Shown here: positions 8,976 to 17,902 of the stretch, one piece after another
Position numbering within the stretch: the stretch's first letter is position 1
How the letters are laid out: every line of letters begins with the position of its first letter
IMG/VR virus record: IMGVR_UViG_3300025513_000009
Location: 1 to 55,742 of that record
DNA length: 55,742 nucleotides
From: a virus
Taxonomy: Duplodnaviria; Caudoviricetes
Direction: 5' to 3' (one strand)
Position numbers and translations under genes: made by a program
Notes under the pieces: generated by a model
Told to the model about the DNA's origin: nothing
What the model saw: the letters and a program-made list of their open reading frames with translations, nothing else
The model's database searches: none

Positions 8976-10567
8976 TATTTATATTGACTGTCTACTAGTT
9001 GATCCATTAGACTGTTGCTTCCTCCAAATAAAAGATACTGTGCTACGTTGTTATCAGATAACATTGTATCAGGTAACGAGTCATTTGTAAAGAACCCTTC
9101 TATATCTGGTATTGTTAATTGACTATTAAAAAAACTTTTAGTATCACCTAGTACTTGCATAACTATAAGAGTTTTAATTTGATTACCTTCTTCATACCTG
9201 CCTTTATCTCCCATATTTTTAACTATCTTTGTAGCTGCTTTTTGTTTAGCGGTAGGTTCCTTTTTAGGTTCTTCCTTAGGTTTTTCTATTTCTTCTTCAG
9301 GCTCAGGTTCTGATTCAGTTGGTTCGGCTTCAGTTTCTTCTGCTTCTTGTTCAACTTTTTCAGGCTTGGGTTCTTCAATTTCTTCTTGTTGCTCAGGTTC
9401 AGGCTCGGGTTCAAGTTTTGATTCTCCCACGTCCTCTTCAGGGGCTTCCATTTCTTGCGGCTCATTAGGTTCAGAATCCATATTAGTTTCCATATCAGGT
9501 TCATTGTCCATGGTCTTCGGCATATCCATAGTAGGTTCTTCTGTTGTTTCAATATCCATCTCCATTTCCATTTCAACGGAAGCCATTGTCATCTCCATAG
9601 GCGCATCCATTTCCATAGAACCATCTGGCATTATTGTAACAGTGGTAGGCATATCCATTGGTATATCATATTCCATATTCATATCCATATCCATTTGAAA
9701 ATCCATTTCAAACTCTTGCATTTCTGTTTCAACAGTTTCAAAAGAAAATTCATCCATAGGTTTTTCTATTGGCTCAAAGTTAAAATCATCTTTAATTTCA
9801 TTATTTTCAAATATCATTTCAGCAACATCATTAACATCTTGCTCGTAGTCTAAAGTTAAGAACTCTTCCATATTTTGAATGTGTTGAGTAACAATTGTAT
9901 TTACTACATTATAAAGAACATTGATTGTTACATCATCAAATAAAACTCCGACTGAAAGATTGATATCTTGTCCTCCAATCTCAATTGTAATAGTATTTAA
10001 AACACCACCGAAATCAAATCCACCTGAATATAACTGATAGCCTGAGGTAACTCCAGTTTCAGATAAGATATTAGTTCCTTTAAATATTTGTTCATTTCCA
10101 TTATTTCCGTGAATTTTCATATAGATTCTATCTTGTGAATCTTGCTTATCTACTTTAATTGTGTAATTAGTTCTACCCCCATTTGTAATATCTAATGATG
10201 AGATATCTATTTCTTGATAAAAAGTTGTTAAAGTGGAGGAAGTAATTTCAGCACATCTATCAGTACCTAATTCATTACAATAACTTCCTGTAGGCATTGA
10301 AGCAGAACCTTGCCCACCCCAGTCACTATCCATGTCACCTTCTTTAGTAGAAGTTACATAATCATTAATACCATCTAATAGGTCTCCTGAGTCTTGGTTA
10401 GTAACTGTAGTTTCTACAGTTTCTGTTGTTGAGGTTTCGAAGGTTACTCCAGGAGCACATAGTCCTATTGTTTCAGTTGTACACTCGGCTTTTGCATCAA
10501 AGCAAAATGGCAACAAAAGTAAGGATAGCAATAATATCCAAAGACTTATGCTTAGTTTCTCTTGCAT
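8975..10567 (-). CDS. Exported acidic, Met-rich protein of unknown function
   Basis: Signal peptide, Cys-containing beta domain, Met/Glu/Asp-rich tract, E/P/K linker and a globular C-terminus. Confidence 0.8.
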   Translation of the reverse strand: MQEKLSISLWILLLSLLLLPFCFDAKAECTTETIGLCAPGVTFETSTTETVETTVTNQDSGDLLDGINDYVTSTKEGDMDSDWGGQGSASMPTGSYCNELGTDRCAEITSSTLTTFYQEIDISSLDITNGGRTNYTIKVDKQDSQDRIYMKIHGNNGNEQIFKGTNILSETGVTSGYQLYSGGFDFGGVLNTITIEIGGQDINLSVGVLFDDVTINVLYNVVNTIVTQHIQNMEEFLTLDYEQDVNDVAEMIFENNEIKDDFNFEPIEKPMDEFSFETVETEMQEFEMDFQMDMDMNMEYDIPMDMPTTVTIMPDGSMEMDAPMEMTMASVEMEMEMDIETTEEPTMDMPKTMDNEPDMETNMDSEPNEPQEMEAPEEDVGESKLEPEPEPEQQEEIEEPKPEKVEQEAEETEAEPTESEPEPEEEIEKPKEEPKKEPTAKQKAATKIVKNMGDKGRYEEGNQIKTLIVMQVLGDTKSFFNSQLTIPDIEGFFTNDSLPDTMLSDNNVAQYLLFGGSNSLMDQLVDSQYK

Positions 10568-11066
10568 TATTTTTTTCTTTCTTTTTTAACTGTTCTTCTT
10601 TAGCTAGAGATGCAAACACTTGGCTATCTTTTGGGACCATGTGAGGATTGTCTAACCAACCCTGTTTAGCATCTTCCCCTATAGCCCCCATGTATGGACA
10701 AAAAGTTGATGACATCCACATTGCATCGAAGATTCTATAGTCAGCACATAATGTTGAAACAGCAGCTACTTTCATCTGCATGCCATATAATTGTCTACTT
10801 AATTTAATCATTTCACAATTAGTGTCTTTGATTGTTATACCTGAACTAATACCCAAGACTTGGGTTTGAACACTTCCAGAATATCCACTAGTACATACAT
10901 CTGAATTATTGACTACTACACTTGGGCTATTGGCTGTAGGTGGTGTGCTGTTTGTTACGACAGTACTCGACACAGTATTGGTTTCGGCTGCGTCTAAATC
11001 TTTTACTGTAAACGTGCAAGATGCTAAAAGTAATAATAATATAATTATATAATTATTTTTTACCAC
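10497..11066 (-). CDS. Exported Cys-rich protein with C-terminal hydrophobic tail
   Basis: LLLLASC lipobox-like signal, four further Cys and a C-terminal IIAILTFVAILL. Confidence 0.75.
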   Translation of the reverse strand: MVKNNYIIILLLLLASCTFTVKDLDAAETNTVSSTVVTNSTPPTANSPSVVVNNSDVCTSGYSGSVQTQVLGISSGITIKDTNCEMIKLSRQLYGMQMKVAAVSTLCADYRIFDAMWMSSTFCPYMGAIGEDAKQGWLDNPHMVPKDSQVFASLAKEEQLKKKEKNNARETKHKSLDIIAILTFVAILL

Positions 11067-11341
11067 TTTGCTTTATCTGCCCAGTATGCTGCAGACATTT
11101 TTCCTTTAGCTATATTTTTTCCATGCCTTGCTTTGAAGGAGGCACGTTTGGCTTTCATGCGCGCAGACTCACCAGCTTTAGGTTTGCCAGCAGTACTAGC
11201 TCCTTGTTCCCCAAATCTAATTGTCTTAACTTTAGTTCCTTCTTTAGCTACAACAACATGAGATTTTTTAGGATGGCTAGGTGTTCGCTTAGGTTTATTA
11301 TATCCGCTAACTCCAATTCTTTTTAAGACTGGATCTCCCAC
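11060..11341 (-). CDS. Small basic conserved phage protein
   Basis: 93 aa, Lys-rich: KTIRFG...SFKARH...SAAYWADK. Confidence 0.75.
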   Translation of the reverse strand: MGDPVLKRIGVSGYNKPKRTPSHPKKSHVVVAKEGTKVKTIRFGEQGASTAGKPKAGESARMKAKRASFKARHGKNIAKGKMSAAYWADKAKW

Positions 11342-13755
11342 TACATTCCTTCTTTTTTAATTGTAATTTTTGCTTGCTGTATTCCTGACTTAGCTAAGTC
11401 CATTGCATCTTTAGTTTCTTTGCGCTGTCTTTCTAAATCAGTGTTCTCATCATCAATCATAAGTTTAGCTTCTTCTAATCCCATTTCATCTGAATGTATT
11501 TTAGAGTCAAGAGCTAACTTAGCTTTACGTAAATCTAAATCTGCTTGTTGAATTTCTAGTTGTTGTTCAGCTACACTTTTCTTTTCGCCTGACATAATCT
11601 TTGCTTTCTCTTCGTCTAATTTCATAATAGAGTCAGAAGCATTTGCAGCAAGTAAAGCAATTTGATTTTCCATTTCAGGTGGTAAAGGTTGTCCTGACAT
11701 AACTGCTTGTTGTAATTGAGGATCTTGAATCATTTGAACAATTGAACTTCTATATTTCATAGCTAAGTGTTCTTGAATATGTGAAGCTAATGTTTGTACC
11801 ATAGGCATGTTTTCTTTATATGCTGGGTTATTTATTAAAGAAGCATGAGCCACAATATGCGCATCATGATTTTGTTCTGGTTTAGGTTGAAGAGGTGCCC
11901 CCTTCATAGCAGCCATATTTTCTGTCACAGGGTCTGCTGATATAGGTTGTTGTTTAGCTTTTAAATATCTTTGTGGTTCTTCAATCCCCATTGCAGAAAA
12001 CAATTCCATTCCTATCGCTTCCATGTTGTAAGCATTAGGATTTTGCTGAGCTATTTGCATTACTGCATTTACCTTTGCAATTCTGTGCGCTTCAGTGGGC
12101 ATGTTAGGATCTGAAACAGGAATGACATCAATTGATTTTAAATTAAAATCTTCCCTAAAAACTTGTTGTGCACCACCTGCGACCTCGTAAGGATACATAT
12201 CAGGAAGATACTCATGATCTAGTCTCGCGAGTATTCGCAGGTCTTTGGATTGAGCGTTATGCAGACGCTTGTGCACTGCTGAGAATAGCTTAGAAGATTG
12301 CTCTAATAAAGCCATGGTTGTACCAACTGGTCCATAGTTAGAAGCTTTTTCTACTATGTTATCAGCTGAGTCAGCAAACTCTTTTGCAGCATTTACTACA
12401 TACTGCATTAAATTGTATAAGGTACCTGAGGGTTCTTTAAAAGGTAAAGGTTGCAATGACTTGCTTAAGTCACCTGCTGGACTATTTACTTCTCTCCATT
12501 CACCAGGAGCAATAGGCTCATCTGGGGCAAGCACGCGAAGTCCATGTGCTTTGAACCCGCCAGGTAAATTTGCAAACGTACCAGCATCTATCAGTTGTCT
12601 CATAGATGAAGTCGCTGTCTTTGTTAAACCTCCAATTAAATGGATGTACCCGTAACCATAAAAACCTAATCCAGGTATCATGTAATAATGAGTGAAATAC
12701 ATTTTCTTTTCTTTTTTAACATCGTCCTCATTCCAGTTTTTACGAATAGCTAATACTACTCCTTCATCTGTCATGTGGACAATGTAGGGTAATTTCAACC
12801 CATCAGGATCTTCAAAACCAGGGATGTCTAAGTTCACATGCATCTCTAAGATTTCTACACGTTCTGTTTCTCCAAAGGGTTTTGTTAATCCTAAAACTTC
12901 ATTTGATGCATCTTCTGCATTACTTTCTGATACTGTACTTTCTTGGACATCTATGTCTCTAAAAGTTTTAGCTATTTGAAATTTTTTAATTTCGTTCATA
13001 GACATAGAATATTTATGTGTAAATCTTTCTGCAGTTTCTAAGTCAGAAGCATAATAGTCTATGTAAAAATCTTGTGCTTTAATATATTCTGTTCTTGGTC
13101 TTTGTAAAGAAACATCCCAATAAGTTTTTTTAAAAGCTGAACCGTACAAAGATACATAAAATAATAATCTATCTAACTCAGGTCCGTACTCAGGCATTTG
13201 AATTTGTGTTTGGTAATTCATAAAATGTCTTACACGATTTGCTTGCTCCATTTTTTGTGGAGTCTGTGATCCAACGATGCGCGTACGTATCGGTCCTTCT
13301 GTTGGAAATAATTCTTTGTAAGCTTTAGCTTGAAATTTTACTACTGCTTGTGCAAGTACAGGGTGAGAAGCAGATGCTGCTCCTGGAAAAGGTTCATCAC
13401 TATTTTCAGATTTAAATCCTAAAAGATCTACACCTTCTTCTGCTATAGTATCGTACTCTTCTCTTGAGTTTTGATCACGTTCAAACGAATCTAATAATTC
13501 ACTACCTATTGCACGTAAATCTGAATCATCAAGAATTTCAGCTAAGTTTGCTGAATGATCTTGAACATCCATTGGTAAATCTTCGTCATCAAATAAACCC
13601 ATTGCCTTAGCTTCTTCCATGAGAGGTTTATCTTCTAATGTAACTTCGGCTGTACCATCTTCTTGAACTATAATTTCTTCTTCCGCTGGAGTTAAATCAC
13701 GTACTGATTCTATCTCTTCTCCTGTGGGGTTATTTAAAATTTCTTCTATTGCCAT
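11341..13755 (-). CDS. Portal protein
   Basis: 804 aa directly after terL; PGLGFYGYGYIHLIGGL and NYGPVGTT motifs, coiled-coil C-terminus. Confidence 0.9.
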   Translation of the reverse strand: MAIEEILNNPTGEEIESVRDLTPAEEEIIVQEDGTAEVTLEDKPLMEEAKAMGLFDDEDLPMDVQDHSANLAEILDDSDLRAIGSELLDSFERDQNSREEYDTIAEEGVDLLGFKSENSDEPFPGAASASHPVLAQAVVKFQAKAYKELFPTEGPIRTRIVGSQTPQKMEQANRVRHFMNYQTQIQMPEYGPELDRLLFYVSLYGSAFKKTYWDVSLQRPRTEYIKAQDFYIDYYASDLETAERFTHKYSMSMNEIKKFQIAKTFRDIDVQESTVSESNAEDASNEVLGLTKPFGETERVEILEMHVNLDIPGFEDPDGLKLPYIVHMTDEGVVLAIRKNWNEDDVKKEKKMYFTHYYMIPGLGFYGYGYIHLIGGLTKTATSSMRQLIDAGTFANLPGGFKAHGLRVLAPDEPIAPGEWREVNSPAGDLSKSLQPLPFKEPSGTLYNLMQYVVNAAKEFADSADNIVEKASNYGPVGTTMALLEQSSKLFSAVHKRLHNAQSKDLRILARLDHEYLPDMYPYEVAGGAQQVFREDFNLKSIDVIPVSDPNMPTEAHRIAKVNAVMQIAQQNPNAYNMEAIGMELFSAMGIEEPQRYLKAKQQPISADPVTENMAAMKGAPLQPKPEQNHDAHIVAHASLINNPAYKENMPMVQTLASHIQEHLAMKYRSSIVQMIQDPQLQQAVMSGQPLPPEMENQIALLAANASDSIMKLDEEKAKIMSGEKKSVAEQQLEIQQADLDLRKAKLALDSKIHSDEMGLEEAKLMIDDENTDLERQRKETKDAMDLAKSGIQQAKITIKKEGM

Positions 13756-13767
13756 GTATCCAATCCT

Positions 13768-15342
13768 TTAATAAAAACGTCTGCGTTTTTTATTATATAC
13801 ACTTTCATCGCCCAAGTCAAGCCATGAATTGTCACTGTGTTCTAAGTATCCCCCATTACGTACGTATAGTACTGCTTGTGTTACAGAATCTACTATGTCA
13901 TCATGTGGACCTGAAGGAAATTGTCTACATTCTTCTATAGTTTCTGTTGCCCATACCTTTTTTAGAGGGGCATATATTCTTGCATTGTGAAATAAAGAAC
14001 TAACTGCATATGCTCTAGAAACTTTATCTCTATCTGGTTGATATTCTTGAATAGGTAAGCCAGCTAATCGTAGATCTTGTATTAATGACTGTCCTGAAGC
14101 TTTCTTTTCAATCACTATAGAGTCAGGTCTATGTTTAACATATTTTTCTACCGCTTTTTCTCTTAGTGTGGGGAAATCCCAGCGGCCTTTCTCCATTCCC
14201 AGTAAAACCATGTTGGCTATACTAAGTTCATCTTTTTTAAATATTCCCCATGTAGTGACTACGGAAAAATCTGCAGTAGTTTTAGTAGAAAACGCAGTAT
14301 CCCAGGACTGAATAATAAAATCACAGTCAGGTGGATCTTCGCTTGACCAATCTTGCCAGTACTCTACTGGAATTATGCCACCAGACTCTGATGATGGGGC
14401 CTGTAAGTACAAAGCATCAAACTTAAACGGGGGTGTATTGTTTTTTGTACGTACAATGTCTGCAGTTGTCCAACAAAAACCACCTACTCTGTCAGGTGCA
14501 GGCCAAAACGAGTTTCCAACCTTAGCTTTTGGGTAATCTTTTTCTAAATAACCTTGTTCAACTAAAGTTTTACGTGCTTTTTCTAATTCTTTGGCAGACT
14601 CTGTAGTATTTAACGCAGGTATTCGCACAACATTCCACTTATCTGCTAACGGAGAAGCATCTTGTTGGTTTAATAAGTAACCAGCAAGATCATTTTCGTG
14701 CCATCTTGTCATAACAAGCACAACTTTTCCACCTGGCATAAGTCTTGTACGCAATCCAGAGGAATACCAGTTGTTTAACTGTTCTCTTCGTGTCTTAGAA
14801 TAAGCATCTTGCTCTGATATAGGATCATCAATGACTGCAAGGTGGGCACCAAAACCTGCAATACCAGATCCAGAACCAGCAGCTAAGAAACTTCCTGCTA
14901 CTTTTCCTTCTGTCTCTAGCGCCCAAGAGTTTGCCGCTCTATTATCTTTACGAATTTTTACTTTAGGGAATATAGTCATGAACGCAGTAGTATTAATAAT
15001 ATCTCTTATAGTTCTACCGAACTTAGTAGCTAAGTCATCTGAGTGAGATACTGCTATCTCTTGCCAATAAGGATTACGACCTAAAGCCCACGCAGGAAAG
15101 TAAGTAGATGTGATTAAAGACTTAGATGAACGGGGAGAAACAAAGACCATGAGTCTATCTGTTTCGCCTCTCTCAAGTCCCATCAGTTCGTCACATAGTA
15201 AACGATGATGCGGCCCAACATTGAAGGATGGATTCATAAGCATAACGAATGCCAGTAAATCTTCCCGCGCTTGTTTAACCGCAAGCCTTGTGGCTGCGTC
15301 TCTATCTGCTAATTTATTCTGACTTGATGTAACCAAGGCCAC
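13768..15342 (-). CDS. terL: Terminase large subunit
   Basis: PRSSKS Walker A variant, AVIDDP Walker B, MTRWH, and the nuclease motifs QSWDTA and HDDIVDS. Confidence 0.95.
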   Translation of the reverse strand: MALVTSSQNKLADRDAATRLAVKQAREDLLAFVMLMNPSFNVGPHHRLLCDELMGLERGETDRLMVFVSPRSSKSLITSTYFPAWALGRNPYWQEIAVSHSDDLATKFGRTIRDIINTTAFMTIFPKVKIRKDNRAANSWALETEGKVAGSFLAAGSGSGIAGFGAHLAVIDDPISEQDAYSKTRREQLNNWYSSGLRTRLMPGGKVVLVMTRWHENDLAGYLLNQQDASPLADKWNVVRIPALNTTESAKELEKARKTLVEQGYLEKDYPKAKVGNSFWPAPDRVGGFCWTTADIVRTKNNTPPFKFDALYLQAPSSESGGIIPVEYWQDWSSEDPPDCDFIIQSWDTAFSTKTTADFSVVTTWGIFKKDELSIANMVLLGMEKGRWDFPTLREKAVEKYVKHRPDSIVIEKKASGQSLIQDLRLAGLPIQEYQPDRDKVSRAYAVSSLFHNARIYAPLKKVWATETIEECRQFPSGPHDDIVDSVTQAVLYVRNGGYLEHSDNSWLDLGDESVYNKKRRRFY

Positions 15343-15418
15343 CCCACAAAATTAATTGTGAATATATATCAATGGGTTCTTTGCCTGTGTACGGTTCTAG
15401 GTTTGGTGTTAAAATCAT
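15314..15418 (-). CDS. Possible 34-aa ORF bridging terS and terL
   Basis: ATGA overlap with the terS stop and a GGAG upstream: MILTPNLEPYTGKEPIDIYSQLILWGGLGYIKSE. Confidence 0.45.
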   Translation of the reverse strand: MILTPNLEPYTGKEPIDIYSQLILWGGLGYIKSE

Positions 15419-15879
15419 TTTGTTTCTCCTGATACAATTTTAAGTTTGGGCGTTGCGATTCTTTTAAGACGTTCAACATCTCTTTCAATATCTTCCTCTG
15501 AGTTACCAGATGCGAAGGCATTCATGATAGTTGTTTCGTTAACTGTCTTCTCTGTCCACAGTGCTTTATGTTTACCCAATAGTTCTAGGCTTCGAATGGC
15601 GGCATTGAAGTCACCCTCTTGTTCTGTTCGATCCGCTATTCTCACTAAGCGTCTCAAGATATCATCCGAGTCAATTGCTGTTCTCTTAAATGATTCTTCT
15701 TTTAGTTCTTCAATACGTTTGCGGATTGCCTCGTGCTTAAGAAATTTGTACGCATTTCGTTCGGCAGAGAGCTTACCGTATCCAGCACGCTTTGCAGCGG
15801 CTATCGCGTTAAGATCTTTAATGAACTCCGTGCAGAAGATTTCCTGGCGGTCTGTCAACCCCTTATCATTCTTTGCCAT
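15415..15879 (-). CDS. terS: Terminase small subunit
   Basis: LTDRQEIFCTEF...NAIAAAKRAGY...LELLGKH. Start taken at MAKN (15879), 6 nt below a TATAAT. Confidence 0.9.
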   Translation of the reverse strand: MAKNDKGLTDRQEIFCTEFIKDLNAIAAAKRAGYGKLSAERNAYKFLKHEAIRKRIEELKEESFKRTAIDSDDILRRLVRIADRTEQEGDFNAAIRSLELLGKHKALWTEKTVNETTIMNAFASGNSEEDIERDVERLKRIATPKLKIVSGETK

Positions 15880-15885
15880 AAAAAA

Positions 15886-15914
15886 ATTATAACATACCAC
15901 CCTTCCCTTAACAA
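15886..15914 (-). promoter_or_regulatory. terS promoter, apparently leaderless
   Basis: TTGTTA-17-TATAAT-6 nt-ATG with no Shine-Dalgarno. Confidence 0.6.
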
Positions 15915-15967
15915 GTGCTTGTATGGTAGCATTATGTTAACTCGTTTCACGCGAGTCTCCTGTAATA

Positions 15968-16009
15968 GAGGGGGCTTTAAAACATCGCCCTCACTCGATG
16001 TGCCCCCTC
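15968..16009 (+). other. Nested stem-loop in the divergent intergenic region
   Basis: Outer stem GAGGGGGC/GCCCCCTC and inner stem ACATCG/CGATGT. Confidence 0.6.
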
Positions 16010-16032
16010 GACTAAACAGGCAAGGAGATCCC

Positions 16033-16236
16033 ATGTATAAACTTCACCGCATTATTACAGAAGAAAAATTAAAAAGGAATACCGAGCGCCTACTTAAAGT
16101 CCTATTCAATGCCATGAGTCATAAACAAATTATGCGGATGCTTATTGATTACTTTGTAGCAAGGAGGGGCACGCGAAATTCTAACAGGCCTGATCTGGAA
16201 CTACGCACCCTGATACGTAAAAGAAAAAAAGTCTAA
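16033..16236 (+). CDS. Small basic hypothetical protein (67 aa)
   Basis: AAGGAG RBS before the ATG at 16033; the longer track ORF overlaps terS antisense. Confidence 0.6.
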   Translation: MYKLHRIITEEKLKRNTERLLKVLFNAMSHKQIMRMLIDYFVARRGTRNSNRPDLELRTLIRKRKKV

Positions 16237-16405
16237 AATTTTGCTAAAATTTTTGGACCTGCATATATATAAGATAAGATTTTCTATATTTTGGGGGTGG
16301 GGGTAAAGATATAAGTCCCCCTAGTCAGTAGATAGGCAAGTTGCTAAAGGCTAAAAAGTTTAGCCATGTCTAAGTTTATATAGTGCCGTATATCGCCATT
16401 CTACC

Positions 16406-16450
16406 TGCGACATAATGCCGATTGCTATTGATAACCTTATTTGATCTAAT
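16406..16450 (+). promoter_or_regulatory. Early promoter 1 with RegA-like box
   Basis: TGCGACATAATGCCGA abutting TTGCTA-17-TCTAAT. Confidence 0.6.
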
Positions 16451-16474
16451 AGATTTAGAAATGAGGTAATAACC

Positions 16475-16666
16475 ATGACAATACTTTTAAAAGAAAGATC
16501 ACGCGCCAGGCTCAGAGTACTAATCAGAAGCCACACACGCAAGGCGAATAGCCCGACCGAGTTCAAGATATGGCAGGGGCAGGAAATGATTAACAAATAC
16601 GCGACTGCAACAAAACCGACCACTAGGTTTAAACGCCAATGGTTCGCGAGAGCTGCGGCAATATAG
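16475..16666 (+). CDS. Early basic hypothetical protein
   Basis: 63 aa, GAGGT RBS, downstream of promoter 1. Confidence 0.6.
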   Translation: MTILLKERSRARLRVLIRSHTRKANSPTEFKIWQGQEMINKYATATKPTTRFKRQWFARAAAI

Positions 16667-16681
16667 CACAGGAGACTATGC

Positions 16682-16704
16682 GATAAGGGGTAATGCCCCT
16701 TATC
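16682..16704 (+). other. Perfect 9-bp hairpin
   Basis: GATAAGGGG-TAATG-CCCCTTATC. Confidence 0.6.
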
Positions 16705-16712
16705 AGATGGTC

Positions 16713-16756
16713 TGCGACAATACGCCGATTGACTAATCACCGATTGGTGGTACAAT
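16713..16756 (+). promoter_or_regulatory. Early promoter 2 with RegA-like box
   Basis: TGCGACAATACGCCGA abutting TTGACT-16-TACAAT. Confidence 0.75.
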
Positions 16757-16812
16757 CAGATCAGAAATACAGATGCGTGAAAATCGTAGGGCAGACAACG
16801 CCTTTAAAAAGG

Positions 16813-16856
16813 TGCGACCTTATGCCACAGGGGTGCGACACTATACCATATTGACA
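16813..16856 (+). promoter_or_regulatory. Tandem RegA-like boxes followed by TTGACA
   Basis: TGCGACCTTATGCCAC (16813) and TGCGACACTATACCAT (16834), 21 bp apart, then TTGACA at 16851. Confidence 0.6.
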
Positions 16857-16868
16857 CTATATACGACC

Positions 16869-16883
16869 GAACAAACCACGAAC
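16869..16883 (+). promoter_or_regulatory. Alphaproteobacterial-type LexA (SOS) box
   Basis: GAAC-AAACCAC-GAAC, i.e. GAAC-N7-GAAC, 9 bp upstream of a TATAAT at 16893. Confidence 0.6.
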
Positions 16884-16911
16884 AAATATACATATAATAA
16901 GACTAAGCAAC

Positions 16912-16965
16912 TGCGACACATTGGCATAAAATAGTTGTTGACATTTCAAATGCATTTGCCATAAT
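16912..16965 (+). promoter_or_regulatory. Early promoter 3 with RegA-like box
   Basis: TGCGACACATTGGCAT, 10 bp, then TTGACA-16-CATAAT. Confidence 0.7.
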
Positions 16966-17044
16966 GAAAGCAGATAACCAATAAAAAACAACTTAGTTAT
17001 TAACTAATAACCTTTTATTATTATCTAATTAAGATACTAAAAAA

Positions 17045-17088
17045 TGCGACACTTTGGCAATTGACTTTAAAAACCAACCTGCCATACT
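17045..17088 (+). promoter_or_regulatory. Early promoter 4 with RegA-like box
   Basis: TGCGACACTTTGGCAA abutting TTGACT-16-CATACT. Confidence 0.75.
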
Positions 17089-17119
17089 GAAGGAACAATA
17101 AAACTAAAAGGGGTACAAA

Positions 17120-17311
17120 ATGGCTAACAGGACTTTATATATGGACGCGAACGGCAAGATTAAAAAGGGGTTTGAGCATGGACAAAAATGGCAATTCGGA
17201 TCACTTGGTAAAGAAGCTACGTATTGTGAGGGCATATACGAGTTAAGACAAAAAGCAAAAGATCATCCTGAATATGATTACTGGATGAGAATGGCAAGTA
17301 CAAGGGTGTGA
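17120..17311 (+). CDS. Early hypothetical protein
   Basis: 63 aa, AGGGG RBS, own promoter. Confidence 0.7.
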   Translation: MANRTLYMDANGKIKKGFEHGQKWQFGSLGKEATYCEGIYELRQKAKDHPEYDYWMRMASTRV

Positions 17312-17350
17312 CAAAATGCCGATTGACTTAACGAATCAATTTGCTAAGAT
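17307..17350 (+). promoter_or_regulatory. Early promoter 5 with RegA-like box
   Basis: TGTGACAAAATGCCGA abutting TTGACT-16-TAAGAT. Confidence 0.75.
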
Positions 17351-17382
17351 AAAAACAGATTAACAAAAAGAGGTAATAAACT

Positions 17383-17649
17383 ATGACTAAGAAGTATTTA
17401 TATGTAGTATATGGCGGTGATTTACCACGACCATATGTTTATGGAAATGTAAAAGCATGTTGGGAGACTGTTCAAAAGTTTATGGACACACCCTATCATT
17501 TTAGAGAAGGCAAACCAATGTTAGCTTTAACGTATAGCAGATTTAACTCTATACTTAAAAAAGAGAATAATATGCTAGTATATCCATCAACACATGCTAG
17601 CAATGATAGCATAAACGTAGACACAGTAGAATTGAATGAGGTATTTTAA
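17383..17649 (+). CDS. Early hypothetical protein
   Basis: 88 aa, GAGGT RBS. Confidence 0.7.
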   Translation: MTKKYLYVVYGGDLPRPYVYGNVKACWETVQKFMDTPYHFREGKPMLALTYSRFNSILKKENNMLVYPSTHASNDSINVDTVELNEVF

Positions 17650-17862
17650 ATGAGTAAAAGAAAAAAGATAGAACAACTGATTGCTAAGATAAACGAAATA
17701 TATGTCAAGGATTATGAAGTAGAGCATAATTCATCATATACATATCCATATAGGATACGATCTAATAACGGATCGCATGATGTCACCGAAAGACTGACAC
17801 CTACCGAATGTTTGACATGGTGTAAGGGTGTGCTTCATGTAGCATGGGATATCGAAAGATGA
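17650..17862 (+). CDS. Early hypothetical protein
   Basis: 70 aa, GAGGT RBS, abuts the previous gene. Confidence 0.7.
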   Translation: MSKRKKIEQLIAKINEIYVKDYEVEHNSSYTYPYRIRSNNGSHDVTERLTPTECLTWCKGVLHVAWDIER

Positions 17863-17902
17863 TATTCAATAAACAGGTTGACTTGGAAAAAGATTATTTC
17901 CG

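Noticed and set aside
15733-16032. N-terminal extension of the 167-aa plus-strand ORF
   Set aside because: It overlaps terS and its promoter; a strong RBS supports the start at 16033.
16360-16755. 131-aa minus-strand ORF
   Set aside because: Antisense to the early promoters and an RBS-led gene; no supporting signals.
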